Part shown: positions 19,174-29,105 of the stretch, piece after piece
Layout of the letters: each line of letters begins with the position of its first letter
Numbering within the stretch: position 1 is the stretch's first letter
Source: Gemmatimonadota bacterium
GTDB lineage: Bacteria; Gemmatimonadota; Gemmatimonadetes; Palauibacterales; Palauibacteraceae
Direction of reading: 5' to 3'
Assembly (NCBI GenBank): GCA_039586095.1
Contig: JBDHLB010000007.1
Coordinates: forward strand, 3,941-67,940
Length of the DNA: 64,000 nucleotides
The notes under the pieces: model-generated
Database searches by the model: none
The model's input: only the letters and a program-made list of their open reading frames with translations
Told to the model about the DNA's origin: nothing
Translations under genes and position numbers: made by a program

Positions 19174-20369
19174 CCCGAAGGTCCTGCCGGCGCTTCGCCC
19201 CGGTCGGCCCGGCCGGGCGATGGACGTGGCTGGCCGCGTTCGTGGTGGCCGGGGCGGCAGGTTGCTCGGGAGACTCTGCAGTCTTCGAACCCATCCCCAC
19301 GGGTCAAGGTGGCCTGATCGGGCTGGAAACGGTGGCCACGGGGCTCGAGCGGCCGCTTCTGCTGACGGCTCCGCCCGGGGACGATCGCCTGTTCATCGCG
19401 GAGCAGCCCGGCCAGATTCGAATCGTGAAGGACGGCTCGCTGCTACCCGCGCCGTATCTGGACATCCGGGCCCAGGTGCGGAGTTCGAGCAACGAGCAGG
19501 GCTTGCTGGGTTTCGCCTTCCACCCCGACTACGCCTCGAACGGCTTTCTCTATGTCAGCTACACGTTTGGTAACGGCGACAGCCGGGTCGAGAGGTACAC
19601 GGTCTCGCCCGACCCGGATCGGGCGGATCCTGCATCCGCGCTCACCATCCTGGAAACGGACCAGCCGGCCGCCAATCACAACGGCGGGCTCGTGACGTTC
19701 GGCCCTGACGGCATGCTGTACGTGGGCCTCGGAGACGGAGGCGGAGCCGGCGACCCGTTCGGCAACGGACAGGACCCGAACACGTGGCTGGGAGCGATCC
19801 TCCGCATCGACGTCGATGGCGGAGATCCCTACGTCGTGCCCGCCGACAACCCCTTTGTCGGGCAGACCGGTGCCCGGCCGGAGATCTGGGCCTACGGACT
19901 CAGAAACCCGTGGCGGTTCGCGTTCGATCGAGAAAGCGCCACGCTGTTCGTCGCCGACGTGGGTCAGTCCAGCCTCGAAGAGATCAACGCGGCCCCGGCG
20001 TCCGCTGGCGGACTCAACTACGGCTGGAATGTCATGGAGGGGTCGCAGTGCTTCGGCAGCGACCCGTGCGATCGAGCCGGCCTCACGCTTCCCGTCTTCG
20101 AGTACGACCACTCACAGGGCTGTTCCGTCACCGGCGGCTTTGTGTATAGAGGAGGGGCAATCGCCGATCTTCAAGGCCTCTATCTCTATTCGGACTTCTG
20201 CAGCGGCTTCCTGCGCAGTTTCCGGCTCGAGGGAGGCGAGGCCGTCGAGCCACGTTCGTGGCCGGTCGGGGACCTCGGCAGCGTCCTGTCGTTTGGCGAG
20301 GACGCGGCCGGCGAGCTGTACGTGTTGACCGGCGACGGCCGAGTGCGTCGTCTGGCGCGGGCTCCCTGA
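19170..20369 (+). CDS. PQQ-dependent sugar dehydrogenase (soluble glucose/sorbosone dehydrogenase family), lipoprotein
   Basis: Lipobox AGAAGCSG plus GSDH-family motifs (HNGG, GLRNPWRF, PxxxY...GWN). The start overlaps the sat stop (ATGA). Confidence 0.8.
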   Translation: MTRRSCRRFAPVGPAGRWTWLAAFVVAGAAGCSGDSAVFEPIPTGQGGLIGLETVATGLERPLLLTAPPGDDRLFIAEQPGQIRIVKDGSLLPAPYLDIRAQVRSSSNEQGLLGFAFHPDYASNGFLYVSYTFGNGDSRVERYTVSPDPDRADPASALTILETDQPAANHNGGLVTFGPDGMLYVGLGDGGGAGDPFGNGQDPNTWLGAILRIDVDGGDPYVVPADNPFVGQTGARPEIWAYGLRNPWRFAFDRESATLFVADVGQSSLEEINAAPASAGGLNYGWNVMEGSQCFGSDPCDRAGLTLPVFEYDHSQGCSVTGGFVYRGGAIADLQGLYLYSDFCSGFLRSFRLEGGEAVEPRSWPVGDLGSVLSFGEDAAGELYVLTGDGRVRRLARAP

Positions 20370-20463
20370 CGGCGTGCGGGCACGCTCCGCAACCAGCGCG
20401 CTCCGGCAACCAGGCGGACTCCGGTGACCTTGCGAGCCGCCAGGCCCGCACTGCCCGGAAACG

Positions 20464-21177
20464 CTACAGAGTAAACGACACGCCGAACTTCAGCAGAATC
20501 AGATCCGCGTCGCTCTCGAAGAACGTGATGTGGACGTTGCCGAACTCGTCTTCCACGATGCTTCCCTCTCGCAGGTACCGAGTGGTGTCGTGGTGCCGAT
20601 ACTGGGCATCGAAGAGCAGACGAATCGGCCGCCGGCCTCGTGTCAGCGCCACCCCGAGCCCGCCCCCGAATCCGTACGCCAGGCTCGTGTCATCGAAGTT
20701 CGTGCTGCGGGCCAGGGTCGGATAGAAGGGGTCCCCTCCGTCCAGCGACGACTCGGTGAAGAAGTACCCGAGGCCCACGAAGCCGTTGACGTAGGGCTCG
20801 ATGGGGCCGGCAGGCAGGGTGACCTGCGGGCCGATACTGAACATCGCGATGTTGTTGTGCGTTCGGACATCAAACCCGACGCGAGGCGATGGAAACCCGG
20901 GCACGAACACACGCTCTGAGCCGTAGGTGATGAACGCGGCGTCCATTCGCAGCCCGAGGACGCCGGGGTACGGTCGGTACACCACGTGACCGCTCGCGCC
21001 GTACCCTTCACCGACCACCTGACCGAAATCGCCCTGCGGCACGCTGATGGCGAAGCCCGCACCGAGCGCCCAATCCTGCGCCGAGGCGGATCGGGTCAGC
21101 GCCAGGGCGAGAATCACCAGGCCGAGTGCCCGCCTCAGAACGCGGGCGCGGCTCGAATCGTCTCGTCGATCGATCAT
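20464..21177 (-). CDS. outer-membrane beta-barrel protein (hypothetical)
   Basis: Signal peptide (LVILALALTRSASAQ). Alternating hydrophobic beta-strand patterning. Aromatic-rich C-terminus (...LLKFGVSFTL). Confidence 0.5.
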   Translation of the reverse strand: MIDRRDDSSRARVLRRALGLVILALALTRSASAQDWALGAGFAISVPQGDFGQVVGEGYGASGHVVYRPYPGVLGLRMDAAFITYGSERVFVPGFPSPRVGFDVRTHNNIAMFSIGPQVTLPAGPIEPYVNGFVGLGYFFTESSLDGGDPFYPTLARSTNFDDTSLAYGFGGGLGVALTRGRRPIRLLFDAQYRHHDTTRYLREGSIVEDEFGNVHITFFESDADLILLKFGVSFTL

Positions 21178-21259
21178 GGTTGGCCTCCCGATGAACGGCC
21201 GCTGCCAGTCTCATCAGGTAGACGAACTCGACGATGGCGACGTCACTCGTGCAACCGGC

Positions 21260-22045
21260 TCACACGTGTATCGATCCCTCGAGGTAGAGAACGCATTCGC
21301 CGGCGATTTCGACCCGGTCGCTCTTGTCGACACAAAACAACTCCCCACCGCGTGTCGAGATCTGGCGGGCGTGCAGCCTGTCCTTGCCGAGGCGTCGCGA
21401 CCAGTACGGGACCAGGGTGCAGTGGGCGGACCCGGTCACCGGATCCTCCGGGACTCCCAGGGCGGGGGCGAAGAAGCGCGACACGAAGTCGACCTCGTCG
21501 CCCGGTGCCGTGACGATCGTACCGGGCAGATCCAGCTCCGCGAGGCGTGCATAGTCGGGTCGCAGCCCCCGCACGTCTTCCTCCGATTCCAACACGACCA
21601 GGTAGTCGCGATCCGCTGCCCACGCCTCGGTGAGCTCCGTGCCGAGCGCCGCTCGCAGTGCCGCCGAAGGGGCCATGGCGGTCGCCGGGACCGCCGGAAA
21701 ATCCATCCGCAGCCGCGCTCCGTCGCGCACCACCGTGAGGGGTCCACTCCGGGTGTGGAAGACGATCGAATCCGACTCGTGATCCAGTCGCTCGAACAAC
21801 ACCCAGGCAGTCGCCAGCGTCGCGTGACCACACAGCTCGACCTCGGCCACGGGTGTGAACCACCGCAGCTCGAAGTCATCTTCCCGGGGGAGGAAAAACG
21901 CGGTCTCGGAGAGATTGTTCTCGGACGCAATGGCCTGCAGCCGTTCGTCCGACAGCCAGTCCTGCACGGGGCAGACCGCCGCCGGGTTACCCCCGAACCG
22001 CTGCGCGGTGAACGCATCCACCTGATACAAAGGGAGAGTCGTCAT
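21260..22045 (-). CDS. PhzF-family isomerase (phenazine biosynthesis-like protein)
   Basis: 261 aa starting MTTLPLYQVDAFT...GNPAAV...ETAF, the canonical PhzF/YddE N-terminus, followed by a duplicated DapF-like fold. Confidence 0.8.
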   Translation of the reverse strand: MTTLPLYQVDAFTAQRFGGNPAAVCPVQDWLSDERLQAIASENNLSETAFFLPREDDFELRWFTPVAEVELCGHATLATAWVLFERLDHESDSIVFHTRSGPLTVVRDGARLRMDFPAVPATAMAPSAALRAALGTELTEAWAADRDYLVVLESEEDVRGLRPDYARLAELDLPGTIVTAPGDEVDFVSRFFAPALGVPEDPVTGSAHCTLVPYWSRRLGKDRLHARQISTRGGELFCVDKSDRVEIAGECVLYLEGSIHV

Positions 22046-22208
22046 GCGTGCAGTCTAGTCTGTGTCCTCGGCGTCCGGAACCGCATGCGACTTGCGTGAC
22101 GGCCGCCGCATCCGAGACCATTTCCTGGAGACCGAGCGCTCTCTCGCATCGCACGCTGTGGAGAGGCGATCGCCCCTACCGATGACCAAGCGAGGATATG
22201 GGATGGGC

Positions 22209-23123
22209 ATGCCCGTGGTGTTTCACGAGGGCTACGAGGTAGACATCGGGCCTCACGTCTTTCCGACGGCCAAGTACGGTCTGATCCGCAAACGGCTGTT
22301 GGAGGAAGGCGTGATCCGGGAGGGCGATCTCCACCGATCGGAAGCGGCAAGCGACGCGGCGATTCTGCTTGTCCACACGGAGCGCTGGATGGGCAAGCTC
22401 CAGAGCGGTGACCTGACCCCACAGGAGCAACTCCTGCTCGAAGTTCCGTACTCGACCGGTCTGAGAGACGCGGCATGGCTGTGCGCGGGGGGATCGATTC
22501 TTACGGGGCAACTCGCGCTCGAGCATGGCGTCGCCGTTCACCTCGGAGGTGGGTTTCACCATGCGTTTCCGGACCACGGCGAGGGTTTCTGTCCGCTCAA
22601 CGATGTCGCGGTGGCCGTGCGCGAGCTCGAGCGACAGGGCGTGATCGAACGACCCGTCGTGATCGACTGCGACGTACATCACGGCAACGGCACGGCGGCG
22701 ATCTTCGTCGACGACGCGCAGGTGTACACGTTCTCGATGCACCAGCTTCGCAATTACCCGATGCACAAGCCGCCCGGCGACACGGACGTGGGCCTGGCCG
22801 ACTGCACAGGTGACCAGGAGTATCTGAGGCTTTTGCGGCGGCACCTGCCCTCGATCGTGGACTCCCATCGCCCCGATCTGGCCTTCTACCTCGCCGGCGC
22901 AGACCCCTACCGGGAGGATCAGCTGGGTGGTCTGGCGCTGTCGCTCGACGGCCTTCGGCAGCGCGACGAGCTCGTTCTGGAAACGCTGGGCGAAGCCAGC
23001 GTGCCCGTCGGCGTGTGCCTCGCCGGCGGGTATGCGCAGCATACCGCTGACACCGTCGCCATCCACTGCGCTACGGTCGCGGCAGCGCGCGAGGCATGGG
23101 AGCGCTACGGGCGCGACGGGTAG
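22209..23123 (+). CDS. histone deacetylase-family (AcuC/HDAC-like) amidohydrolase
   Basis: MPVVFHEGY start in the frame of ORF 22062..23123. HDAC motifs are present: GGGFHHA...GFC..ND and DxDVHHGNG. The upstream ORF portion looks non-coding. Confidence 0.75.
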   Translation: MPVVFHEGYEVDIGPHVFPTAKYGLIRKRLLEEGVIREGDLHRSEAASDAAILLVHTERWMGKLQSGDLTPQEQLLLEVPYSTGLRDAAWLCAGGSILTGQLALEHGVAVHLGGGFHHAFPDHGEGFCPLNDVAVAVRELERQGVIERPVVIDCDVHHGNGTAAIFVDDAQVYTFSMHQLRNYPMHKPPGDTDVGLADCTGDQEYLRLLRRHLPSIVDSHRPDLAFYLAGADPYREDQLGGLALSLDGLRQRDELVLETLGEASVPVGVCLAGGYAQHTADTVAIHCATVAAAREAWERYGRDG

Positions 23124-23157
23124 ACACCAGGCGCGCGCTGTGCAGCAATCGGTCTCG

Positions 23158-23925
23158 TCAGGCCAGTCGTGGCGCGGGCCGCAGCCAGATCCACCAGGTA
23201 CGATCCGAGGCGGCGTCCCAGGCCGCCCGGAGCGCCTCCTCGCTCTCGAACGGGCCCTTGAACTCCCGGTAGGCGATCCGCACCTCCACCGGCCCCCGAA
23301 ACGGGAACGGATCGACATGCAACACATCGTCCTCGACCCACGTCAGATGCAGTCGCTCCCCGGACGGCGTCCTGGAATGACGGGCCGACTCGACCCAGAC
23401 GGGCTGCTCGGCAGTGCTCGCCGACGGCGGAGTCAAACACAGGAAGATGGACAGGTTGTCGAACAGCTTCAGGAACTTGAGATCCCACGCGATCCGGTCG
23501 TCGTCATCCGCACCGAGCTCGAGGATCTCGCGCAGGTCGCTTCGCCGCTCCGCCTCCAGCTCGAGCAGCGATTCGAGTCCTTCGGCATCGGGAAACGAGG
23601 TGTAGTGCAAGCTGGCGAGAAGCGCGGCATACGGATGAAGATGGCTGACATCGTCGAGGCCGCGGCGATACGCCGAGATCTTCTCGTCGAGGGGATATGC
23701 GTGGAAAGGCAACGCGTGGCCCGTGTCGGAGTCGAGCATCGGGATCTCGTCCAGCTCGCGCCACGCCACGTCATGCAGGGCCGTTGCGAGAACGAGCTCG
23801 AAGGCGAGCGGAGACGGGTCCCGGCCGATCCCCGTCCACGCGGCCGCCAGCTGTCCCGCAAGTAACGCATGATCGTGCTGACGGAAGAGCCTGGTGCCGC
23901 CGTCGCGACGGTACTGAACAAGCAT
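23158..23925 (-). CDS. hypothetical protein (DUF3891-like)
   Basis: About 255 aa from MLVQYRRDGG; resemblance to DUF3891 is from memory only. Confidence 0.45.
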   Translation of the reverse strand: MLVQYRRDGGTRLFRQHDHALLAGQLAAAWTGIGRDPSPLAFELVLATALHDVAWRELDEIPMLDSDTGHALPFHAYPLDEKISAYRRGLDDVSHLHPYAALLASLHYTSFPDAEGLESLLELEAERRSDLREILELGADDDDRIAWDLKFLKLFDNLSIFLCLTPPSASTAEQPVWVESARHSRTPSGERLHLTWVEDDVLHVDPFPFRGPVEVRIAYREFKGPFESEEALRAAWDAASDRTWWIWLRPAPRLA

Positions 23926-24094
23926 TCCTCCTCCTGGACGAGCCCCGCGACGACGCAATCGGGCGGCCTGCCCGGCCTCGGGGCGAAGTGCCGGGATTAC
24001 CGTTCGCGCCGGCCTTTCATAATATACAGCGCGACGCGACGTTGCAGGTTCCGTCGCGCGCGCCCCGACTCACCAGCCAGGGAGGAGCTCAGAC

Positions 24095-24655
24095 ATGTGG
24101 ATCGCGCTGCTGGTCATCGTCGTGCTCATCTTCATCGTCATCGGGATGTACAACAGCCTCGTCAAGCTGAGGGTCCGCAGTAACAACGCATGGGCCGATA
24201 TCGACGTGCAGTTGAAGCGCCGCTATGACCTGATCCCGAATCTGGTGGAAACGGTCAAGGGGTACGCGGGACACGAGCGGGAGACCCTCGAGGCGGTGGT
24301 CGAGGCGCGCAATCGGGCGATCAGTGCAGAGGGACCGGCCGCGCAGGCTCAAGCGGAGAACGTGCTGAGCGGGGCGCTCCGTCAGCTCTTCGCTCTGGCG
24401 GAAGCGTATCCACAGCTGCGCGCCGTGGAGAGCTTCACCCAGCTGCAGGCCTCTCTCGAAGAGATCGAGGGGGCCATTCAGAACGCACGACGCTACTACA
24501 ACGCTGTCGTGCGCGACTACAACACGAAGACGCAGGTGTTTCCGACGAATCTGCTGGCCAACGCGTTCGGCTTTACGGGGCGCGAGTTCTTCGTCCTCGA
24601 GGACGACGCACAGCGGGAAGCGCCCGAGGTGCGGTTCGACACGAGCGATGCGTAG
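24095..24655 (+). CDS. lemA: LemA-family membrane protein
   Basis: N-terminal TM helix, then YNSLVKLRVRSNNAWADIDVQLKRRYDLIPNLVETVK, which is the LemA signature. RBS GGAGG lies 9 nt upstream. Confidence 0.8.
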   Translation: MWIALLVIVVLIFIVIGMYNSLVKLRVRSNNAWADIDVQLKRRYDLIPNLVETVKGYAGHERETLEAVVEARNRAISAEGPAAQAQAENVLSGALRQLFALAEAYPQLRAVESFTQLQASLEEIEGAIQNARRYYNAVVRDYNTKTQVFPTNLLANAFGFTGREFFVLEDDAQREAPEVRFDTSDA

Positions 24656-26453
24656 AGGCCGGACCGGCGCAGTCCGCCTCGCCGTCCGTGCCCGGGTCGC
24701 GGTCGCCCTGGCCGCGGCGGGCGTCGGTCTTCTTCCCGCAGCGGTAGCCGGCCCGGCCTTCCCGCAGGCGCGCTCGTGGGTGATCGAGCGATTCGACGCC
24801 GAGATCACGGTGTTGAAGAGCGGCGACGTCGTGGTCACCGAGAGGATTCGCCCCCGCTTCACAGGATCCTGGAACGGGATCTACCGCGACATTCCCATCG
24901 ACTACCGCACGCCGAGCGGCTTCGGATACAAACTCAAGCTTTCCGTCGAGGAGGTCACGGACGGGCAGGGGAACTCGCTGCGGCGCGAGTTGAGCCGTGA
25001 GAGACAGTACCGTCGGATCAAGGTGTGGATTCCGGACGCGCGCGACGCCACTCGAACCGTCGTCATCCGTTACAGGGTGGAAAACGCGCTGCGGTTCTTC
25101 GAGTCGGACGGCGAGCGCGAAGGCATCGTCGAGGCCTACGACGAGCTGTACTGGAACGTGACGGGAGACGAGTGGCCGGTTCCGATCGAGGCGGTCACGG
25201 CGACCGTGGTGTTGCCAGCGGAAGCGACCGGCATGCGAGCGAACGCGTTCACGGGGGCCTATGGCTCACGGGAGCAGGCGGCGGACGTGAGCCGGACCGG
25301 GTCGCGCATCAACGTCGCGGCCCAGCGACAGCTGGGCTACCGGGAGGGACTCACGATCGCTGTCGCCTGGAATCCGGGCGTGATCCGCAGGCCGACGGCC
25401 GTCGATCGAGGCGTCTCTTTCTTCGCGGCGAACTGGCCTCTGCTGCTTCCGTTCCTCGCGCTTATAGGCATGTATCGGCTCTGGTCCTCGCGAGGTCGGG
25501 ATCCGGAGCTCCGCTCGATCTCGCCTCTGTATGAGCCTCCCGATGGCCTCCGACCCGCCGAGATCGGTGTCGTGGCCGATGATTCCGCGGACATGCGGGA
25601 CGTGACGGCTACCATCGTGGATCTGGCCGTGCGGGGGTACCTGGTGATCGAGGAGACGGAAGAGGAGAAGCTGTTCGGACTCCTGTCGAGCCGCGAGTAC
25701 GCTTTCCATCTGAAGCGGCCGCGCGCGGAATGGGATGACCTGGAGCATTTCGAGCGCAAGTTGCTGCGTGCGCTGTTCGGCGGTCGGGGGGACACGGTAC
25801 GCCTTTCCGAGCTCCAGAACGAGTTCTACAAGGACCTGCCCGGAATCAAGGACTCGCTGATGGACCGCCTCCTCAAGCTGAAGGTGTACCGCCAGCGACC
25901 CGACCACGTGAAGGGCCGCTGGATCGCGGCCGGCATCGCGACCGGAGTCATCGTGGCGGGATTCGGCACGATCATCGCCGAGCGTCTCGGGCTCGCCCCG
26001 CTGGCCCTGGTGGTCGGCGGCGTGGCCAGCGGACTGGTCGTACTCGGGTTCGGTCTCATCATGCCGGCTCGTTCGATCCAGGGCGCGCGATTGCTCGAGA
26101 AGGTGCGCGGGTTCGAGGAGTTCCTGAACCGGGTCGAGTCGGACCGCTTCAAACGGATGATCACGGGTCCGGAGATGTTCGAGAAGTTCCTGCCGTTCGC
26201 CATGGCGCTGGGCGTGGAGGCGCGCTGGGCGCGCGCCTTCGAAGGCATCTACCGCGAGCCGCCCGAATGGTACCGCGGACGACACTACGGCACCTTTCAT
26301 CCGCACGTGTTCGTGTCCGACCTCGGCAGAATGTCCACCCAGGCGGCGACGGCGATGGCGTCGGCTCCCCGCAGCTCGGGTGGTTCGGGTTTCAGCGGAG
26401 GCGGCGGGTTCTCCGGGGGCGGGTTCGGCGGCGGCGGCGGCGGCGCGTTCTGA
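24648..26453 (+). CDS. DUF2207-domain membrane protein (LemA partner)
   Basis: Signal peptide, an extracytoplasmic domain, two TM helices, a cytoplasmic domain, and a C-terminal Gly-rich tail (SGGSGFSGGGGFSGGGFGGGGGGAF). It overlaps the lemA stop by 8 bp. Confidence 0.7.
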   Translation: MRRGRTGAVRLAVRARVAVALAAAGVGLLPAAVAGPAFPQARSWVIERFDAEITVLKSGDVVVTERIRPRFTGSWNGIYRDIPIDYRTPSGFGYKLKLSVEEVTDGQGNSLRRELSRERQYRRIKVWIPDARDATRTVVIRYRVENALRFFESDGEREGIVEAYDELYWNVTGDEWPVPIEAVTATVVLPAEATGMRANAFTGAYGSREQAADVSRTGSRINVAAQRQLGYREGLTIAVAWNPGVIRRPTAVDRGVSFFAANWPLLLPFLALIGMYRLWSSRGRDPELRSISPLYEPPDGLRPAEIGVVADDSADMRDVTATIVDLAVRGYLVIEETEEEKLFGLLSSREYAFHLKRPRAEWDDLEHFERKLLRALFGGRGDTVRLSELQNEFYKDLPGIKDSLMDRLLKLKVYRQRPDHVKGRWIAAGIATGVIVAGFGTIIAERLGLAPLALVVGGVASGLVVLGFGLIMPARSIQGARLLEKVRGFEEFLNRVESDRFKRMITGPEMFEKFLPFAMALGVEARWARAFEGIYREPPEWYRGRHYGTFHPHVFVSDLGRMSTQAATAMASAPRSSGGSGFSGGGGFSGGGFGGGGGGAF

Positions 26454-26475
26454 GTGTGTTCTGAGCGAGAGGTTT

Positions 26476-26946
26476 GAGGTGTCTCTGCGTGTAGGTGATC
26501 CCGCTCCCGGTTTCTCGCTTCCGCACCGGCCGGGCGAGACGATCGACGTCGGTGAGCTCTTCGGGCGTGAGAAGGTGGTCCTGTTGTTCTTCCCGCTCGC
26601 GTTCAGCTCGGTGTGCACTACCGAGATGTGCACGATCCGCGATGGTTGGGAGGTGTGGGAGGGAGCCGACGCTCGGATCTTCGGCATTTCGGTCGACAGC
26701 CCGTTCGTGACCGCCCGATTCCGAGCCGAGGAAGATCTTCCGTTCCCGATCCTGTCGGATTTCAACAAAGAGGTTGTCCGTGCGTACGGGGTCCTGAACG
26801 AAGATTCTTTCGGTCTGAAAGGCGTCGCCTATCGAGCGGCATTCGTGATCGACGCGAGCGGTCGAATCTCGTACGTCTGGATGTCCGAGGACGCCGACGT
26901 GGAGCCAGATTACGTCCGGCTGCTGCAGGCCGTCTCTACCGCCTGA
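26476..26946 (+). CDS. peroxiredoxin (AhpC/TSA, Bcp-like)
   Basis: GTG start preceded by a gagagg RBS. Active-site region FFPLAFSSVCTTE. Confidence 0.8.
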   Translation, partial: EVSLRVGDPAPGFSLPHRPGETIDVGELFGREKVVLLFFPLAFSSVCTTEMCTIRDGWEVWEGADARIFGISVDSPFVTARFRAEEDLPFPILSDFNKEVVRAYGVLNEDSFGLKGVAYRAAFVIDASGRISYVWMSEDADVEPDYVRLLQAVSTA

Positions 26947-27015
26947 TCCAAGCGCTCCGCGGCTCGCGGGGCAGAACGCCATAACCTGTCCGCATTCAGC
27001 AAGCTCGAAGGGCGT

Positions 27016-27040
27016 GGCCCCCGTCGGAGCTCGGGGGGCC
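27016..27040 (+). terminator. GC-rich hairpin downstream of the peroxiredoxin gene (terminator-like, no U-tract)
   Basis: ggccccc-gtcggagctc-gggggcc forms a 7-bp stem. Confidence 0.3.
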
Positions 27041-27159
27041 GCGCGGGCCCTTCCGACGAAGCCCGGGACGGCCTCCCGCCCCGCCCACACCGCTCATGGG
27101 GTGGCCCGGAATCGTCGCCTGTGTCCCGGTTCCACATCGCGCGCGGCCCATACGAGCAC

Positions 27160-27222
27160 ATCATACATCGCGTTTCTGTATAATAGTATACGAGTGGTTA
27201 TATAATCTGTATTGTGAAGCCA
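27160..27222 (+). promoter_or_regulatory. AT-rich island with two TATAAT hexamers (promoter or operator candidate) upstream of the GAF-GGDEF gene
   Basis: ...tctgtataatagtatacgagtggttatataatctgtattgtg... is roughly 30% GC within a ~70% GC genome. It has two consensus -10 hexamers about 22 bp apart and embedded palindromes (GTATAC, TTATATAA). Confidence 0.35.
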
Positions 27223-27413
27223 TGTCGGTCGGTCCACCCTCTCATGGCACGCGGGTCCGAGTGTCTCCCCGGCCTCCCCTTCCCGCTCGCTCTCGACCCG
27301 CATGCAGGTTGTTTCACGGTCGTACGCCGCAGCCGTCTGCATCCTGGCAAGCCGCTTGATTCAGCTGTTCCATTTGACACGCGTGATGTCGCCTCGCGAG
27401 CAGGACGTAGCCC

Positions 27414-28997
27414 ATGCCGGACCCGAAGACACTGACAGCCTTATACGATTCGATCCGCCGGATCGGACTTTCCGATACGCTCGACGACGTGCTGGAGACG
27501 GTTCTCGAGCAGGCGCGGCGTCTTATCGGGTTCGACCACGCCGCGATCATGTTGTACGACGAAATCAATGGGTCCCTGAGCGTCCAGAAAGTGCTGGGGT
27601 ATGGAGAACGGGCGCCCGAGATCCTGGGTCTGAAACTGGAGCGCGGCCAGGGGCTGAGCGGATGGGCCGCAGAGAAGCGCGCCCCGGCCCGCTCGAACGA
27701 CGTGAGCCGCGATCCGCGCTATGTCCCGGGCCTCGAGGCGGCCCGCTCGAACCTGGCCGTGCCGCTGCTCGTGACCAGTCAGGTCGCCGGCGTGCTCAAC
27801 ATCGAATCCGATCGAACCGACGCGTTTACCGAGGAGCACGAGGAGCTCCTCACGATCCTCGGGTCGCAGGCGGCCCTGGCCATATCGGCCGCACTTGCTC
27901 GGCGCCGACTGCGCCGGAAGTTCGAGCAGCTGAACGGTCTGTTTCGAATCAGTCAACTGGCCTCCCAGGCCAACAGTCTGGACGCGACCCTTGAAGCGAT
28001 TCTGGAACTCACCGAAGAGCTGATTTCCGAAGGTCACATCGCGCTTCTGCTTCTCGACGACAAGAAGCGATCGCTGGCGGTGCGGGCGTCCCGCGGGTAC
28101 GAGGAAGCGTTCACGGTCAACCCCATCCCGCTCGGCGAGGGAGTGACGGGACGCTGTGCAGAGTCGGGAAACGTACTCCTCGTGCAGGACGTCTTTCTGA
28201 ATGAGGACTACATCGAAGGAGTAAGAGGTGCCCGCAGTGAGCTTGCCCTGCCGCTGAAGGTCGAAGGTCGGGTGATCGGCGTGCTGAACGCTGAGTCCAC
28301 CCGACCGCACGCGTACTCCGGCGACCATGTGCGGGCACTGAGCGTGATCGCCCAGCAGGCCGCAGTCGTGATTCGGGCGGCACAGGTCAACGAGGAAGCC
28401 CGGCGCCTCGCCGTGACCGATTCCCTCACGGACCTTCACAACCGTCGGTACTTCCTGAACAAACTGGAGACGCACCTGAAGCGTGCCATACGGTACGGCG
28501 AACGGCTGGCGCTGATGCTGGTCGACTGCGATCGCCTGAAGGCGGTCAATGACGTGCGAGGTCATCCGATGGGTGACAGGGCTCTGCGGGCGATTGCCGA
28601 CCTGCTGCGCCGTGCCGTGCGGGAGACCGACGAGGTCGCTCGTATCGGTGGAGACGAATTCGCCTGTCTCCTCCTGCACGCGGGACGTGAGCAGGCGTCA
28701 GCCGTGGCCGAGCGGGTGCGCCGCTACGTTCAGGGTCTGCAGCTGATCAGCGACGAAGGGGAACCGATCACCCTCACAGTCTCGGTCGGCATTGCCCTCG
28801 TTCCTGACAACGGAATGGAGGCGAACGCATTGCTCAAAGAGGTCGATCGAGCCCTCTACCAGGCGAAAGAGGCGGGTCGAGACGCCGTCGCCTTCGTGAT
28901 GGGAAGTGGGGATGAAGGACCCTCTACAGCCGATCTTCGGGCCGAAGACTGGCCCTTCTCGAACGTGGGTAAGCCGTGGAAAGACACGGCTGGCTGA
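27414..28997 (+). CDS. GAF-GAF-GGDEF diguanylate cyclase
   Basis: Two GAF-like regions, then the GGDEF domain (RYFLN...GGDEFA). The product motif is RYGERLALMLVDCDRLKAVNDVRGH. Confidence 0.85.
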   Translation: MPDPKTLTALYDSIRRIGLSDTLDDVLETVLEQARRLIGFDHAAIMLYDEINGSLSVQKVLGYGERAPEILGLKLERGQGLSGWAAEKRAPARSNDVSRDPRYVPGLEAARSNLAVPLLVTSQVAGVLNIESDRTDAFTEEHEELLTILGSQAALAISAALARRRLRRKFEQLNGLFRISQLASQANSLDATLEAILELTEELISEGHIALLLLDDKKRSLAVRASRGYEEAFTVNPIPLGEGVTGRCAESGNVLLVQDVFLNEDYIEGVRGARSELALPLKVEGRVIGVLNAESTRPHAYSGDHVRALSVIAQQAAVVIRAAQVNEEARRLAVTDSLTDLHNRRYFLNKLETHLKRAIRYGERLALMLVDCDRLKAVNDVRGHPMGDRALRAIADLLRRAVRETDEVARIGGDEFACLLLHAGREQASAVAERVRRYVQGLQLISDEGEPITLTVSVGIALVPDNGMEANALLKEVDRALYQAKEAGRDAVAFVMGSGDEGPSTADLRAEDWPFSNVGKPWKDTAG

Positions 28998-29105
28998 GAC
29001 CCCGGTTGCTCGGATACGCGTAACCACCTGACGAAGAGCACACCCTCCGCGCGCTCGCTACATTCAGCCTCCGTTGCGCCGCACACTCAAACGAGAGGCT
29101 GAACG

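Noticed and set aside
18377-19573. 398-aa plus ORF
   Set aside because: It is an alternate frame of sat and the GSDH gene, with an Arg/Ser/Pro-rich junk translation.
22176-23327. 383-aa minus ORF
   Set aside because: It is the antisense of the HDAC-family gene.
25266-26768. 500-aa minus ORF
   Set aside because: It is the antisense of the DUF2207 and peroxiredoxin genes.
27441-28679. 412-aa minus ORF
   Set aside because: It is the antisense of the GAF-GGDEF gene.
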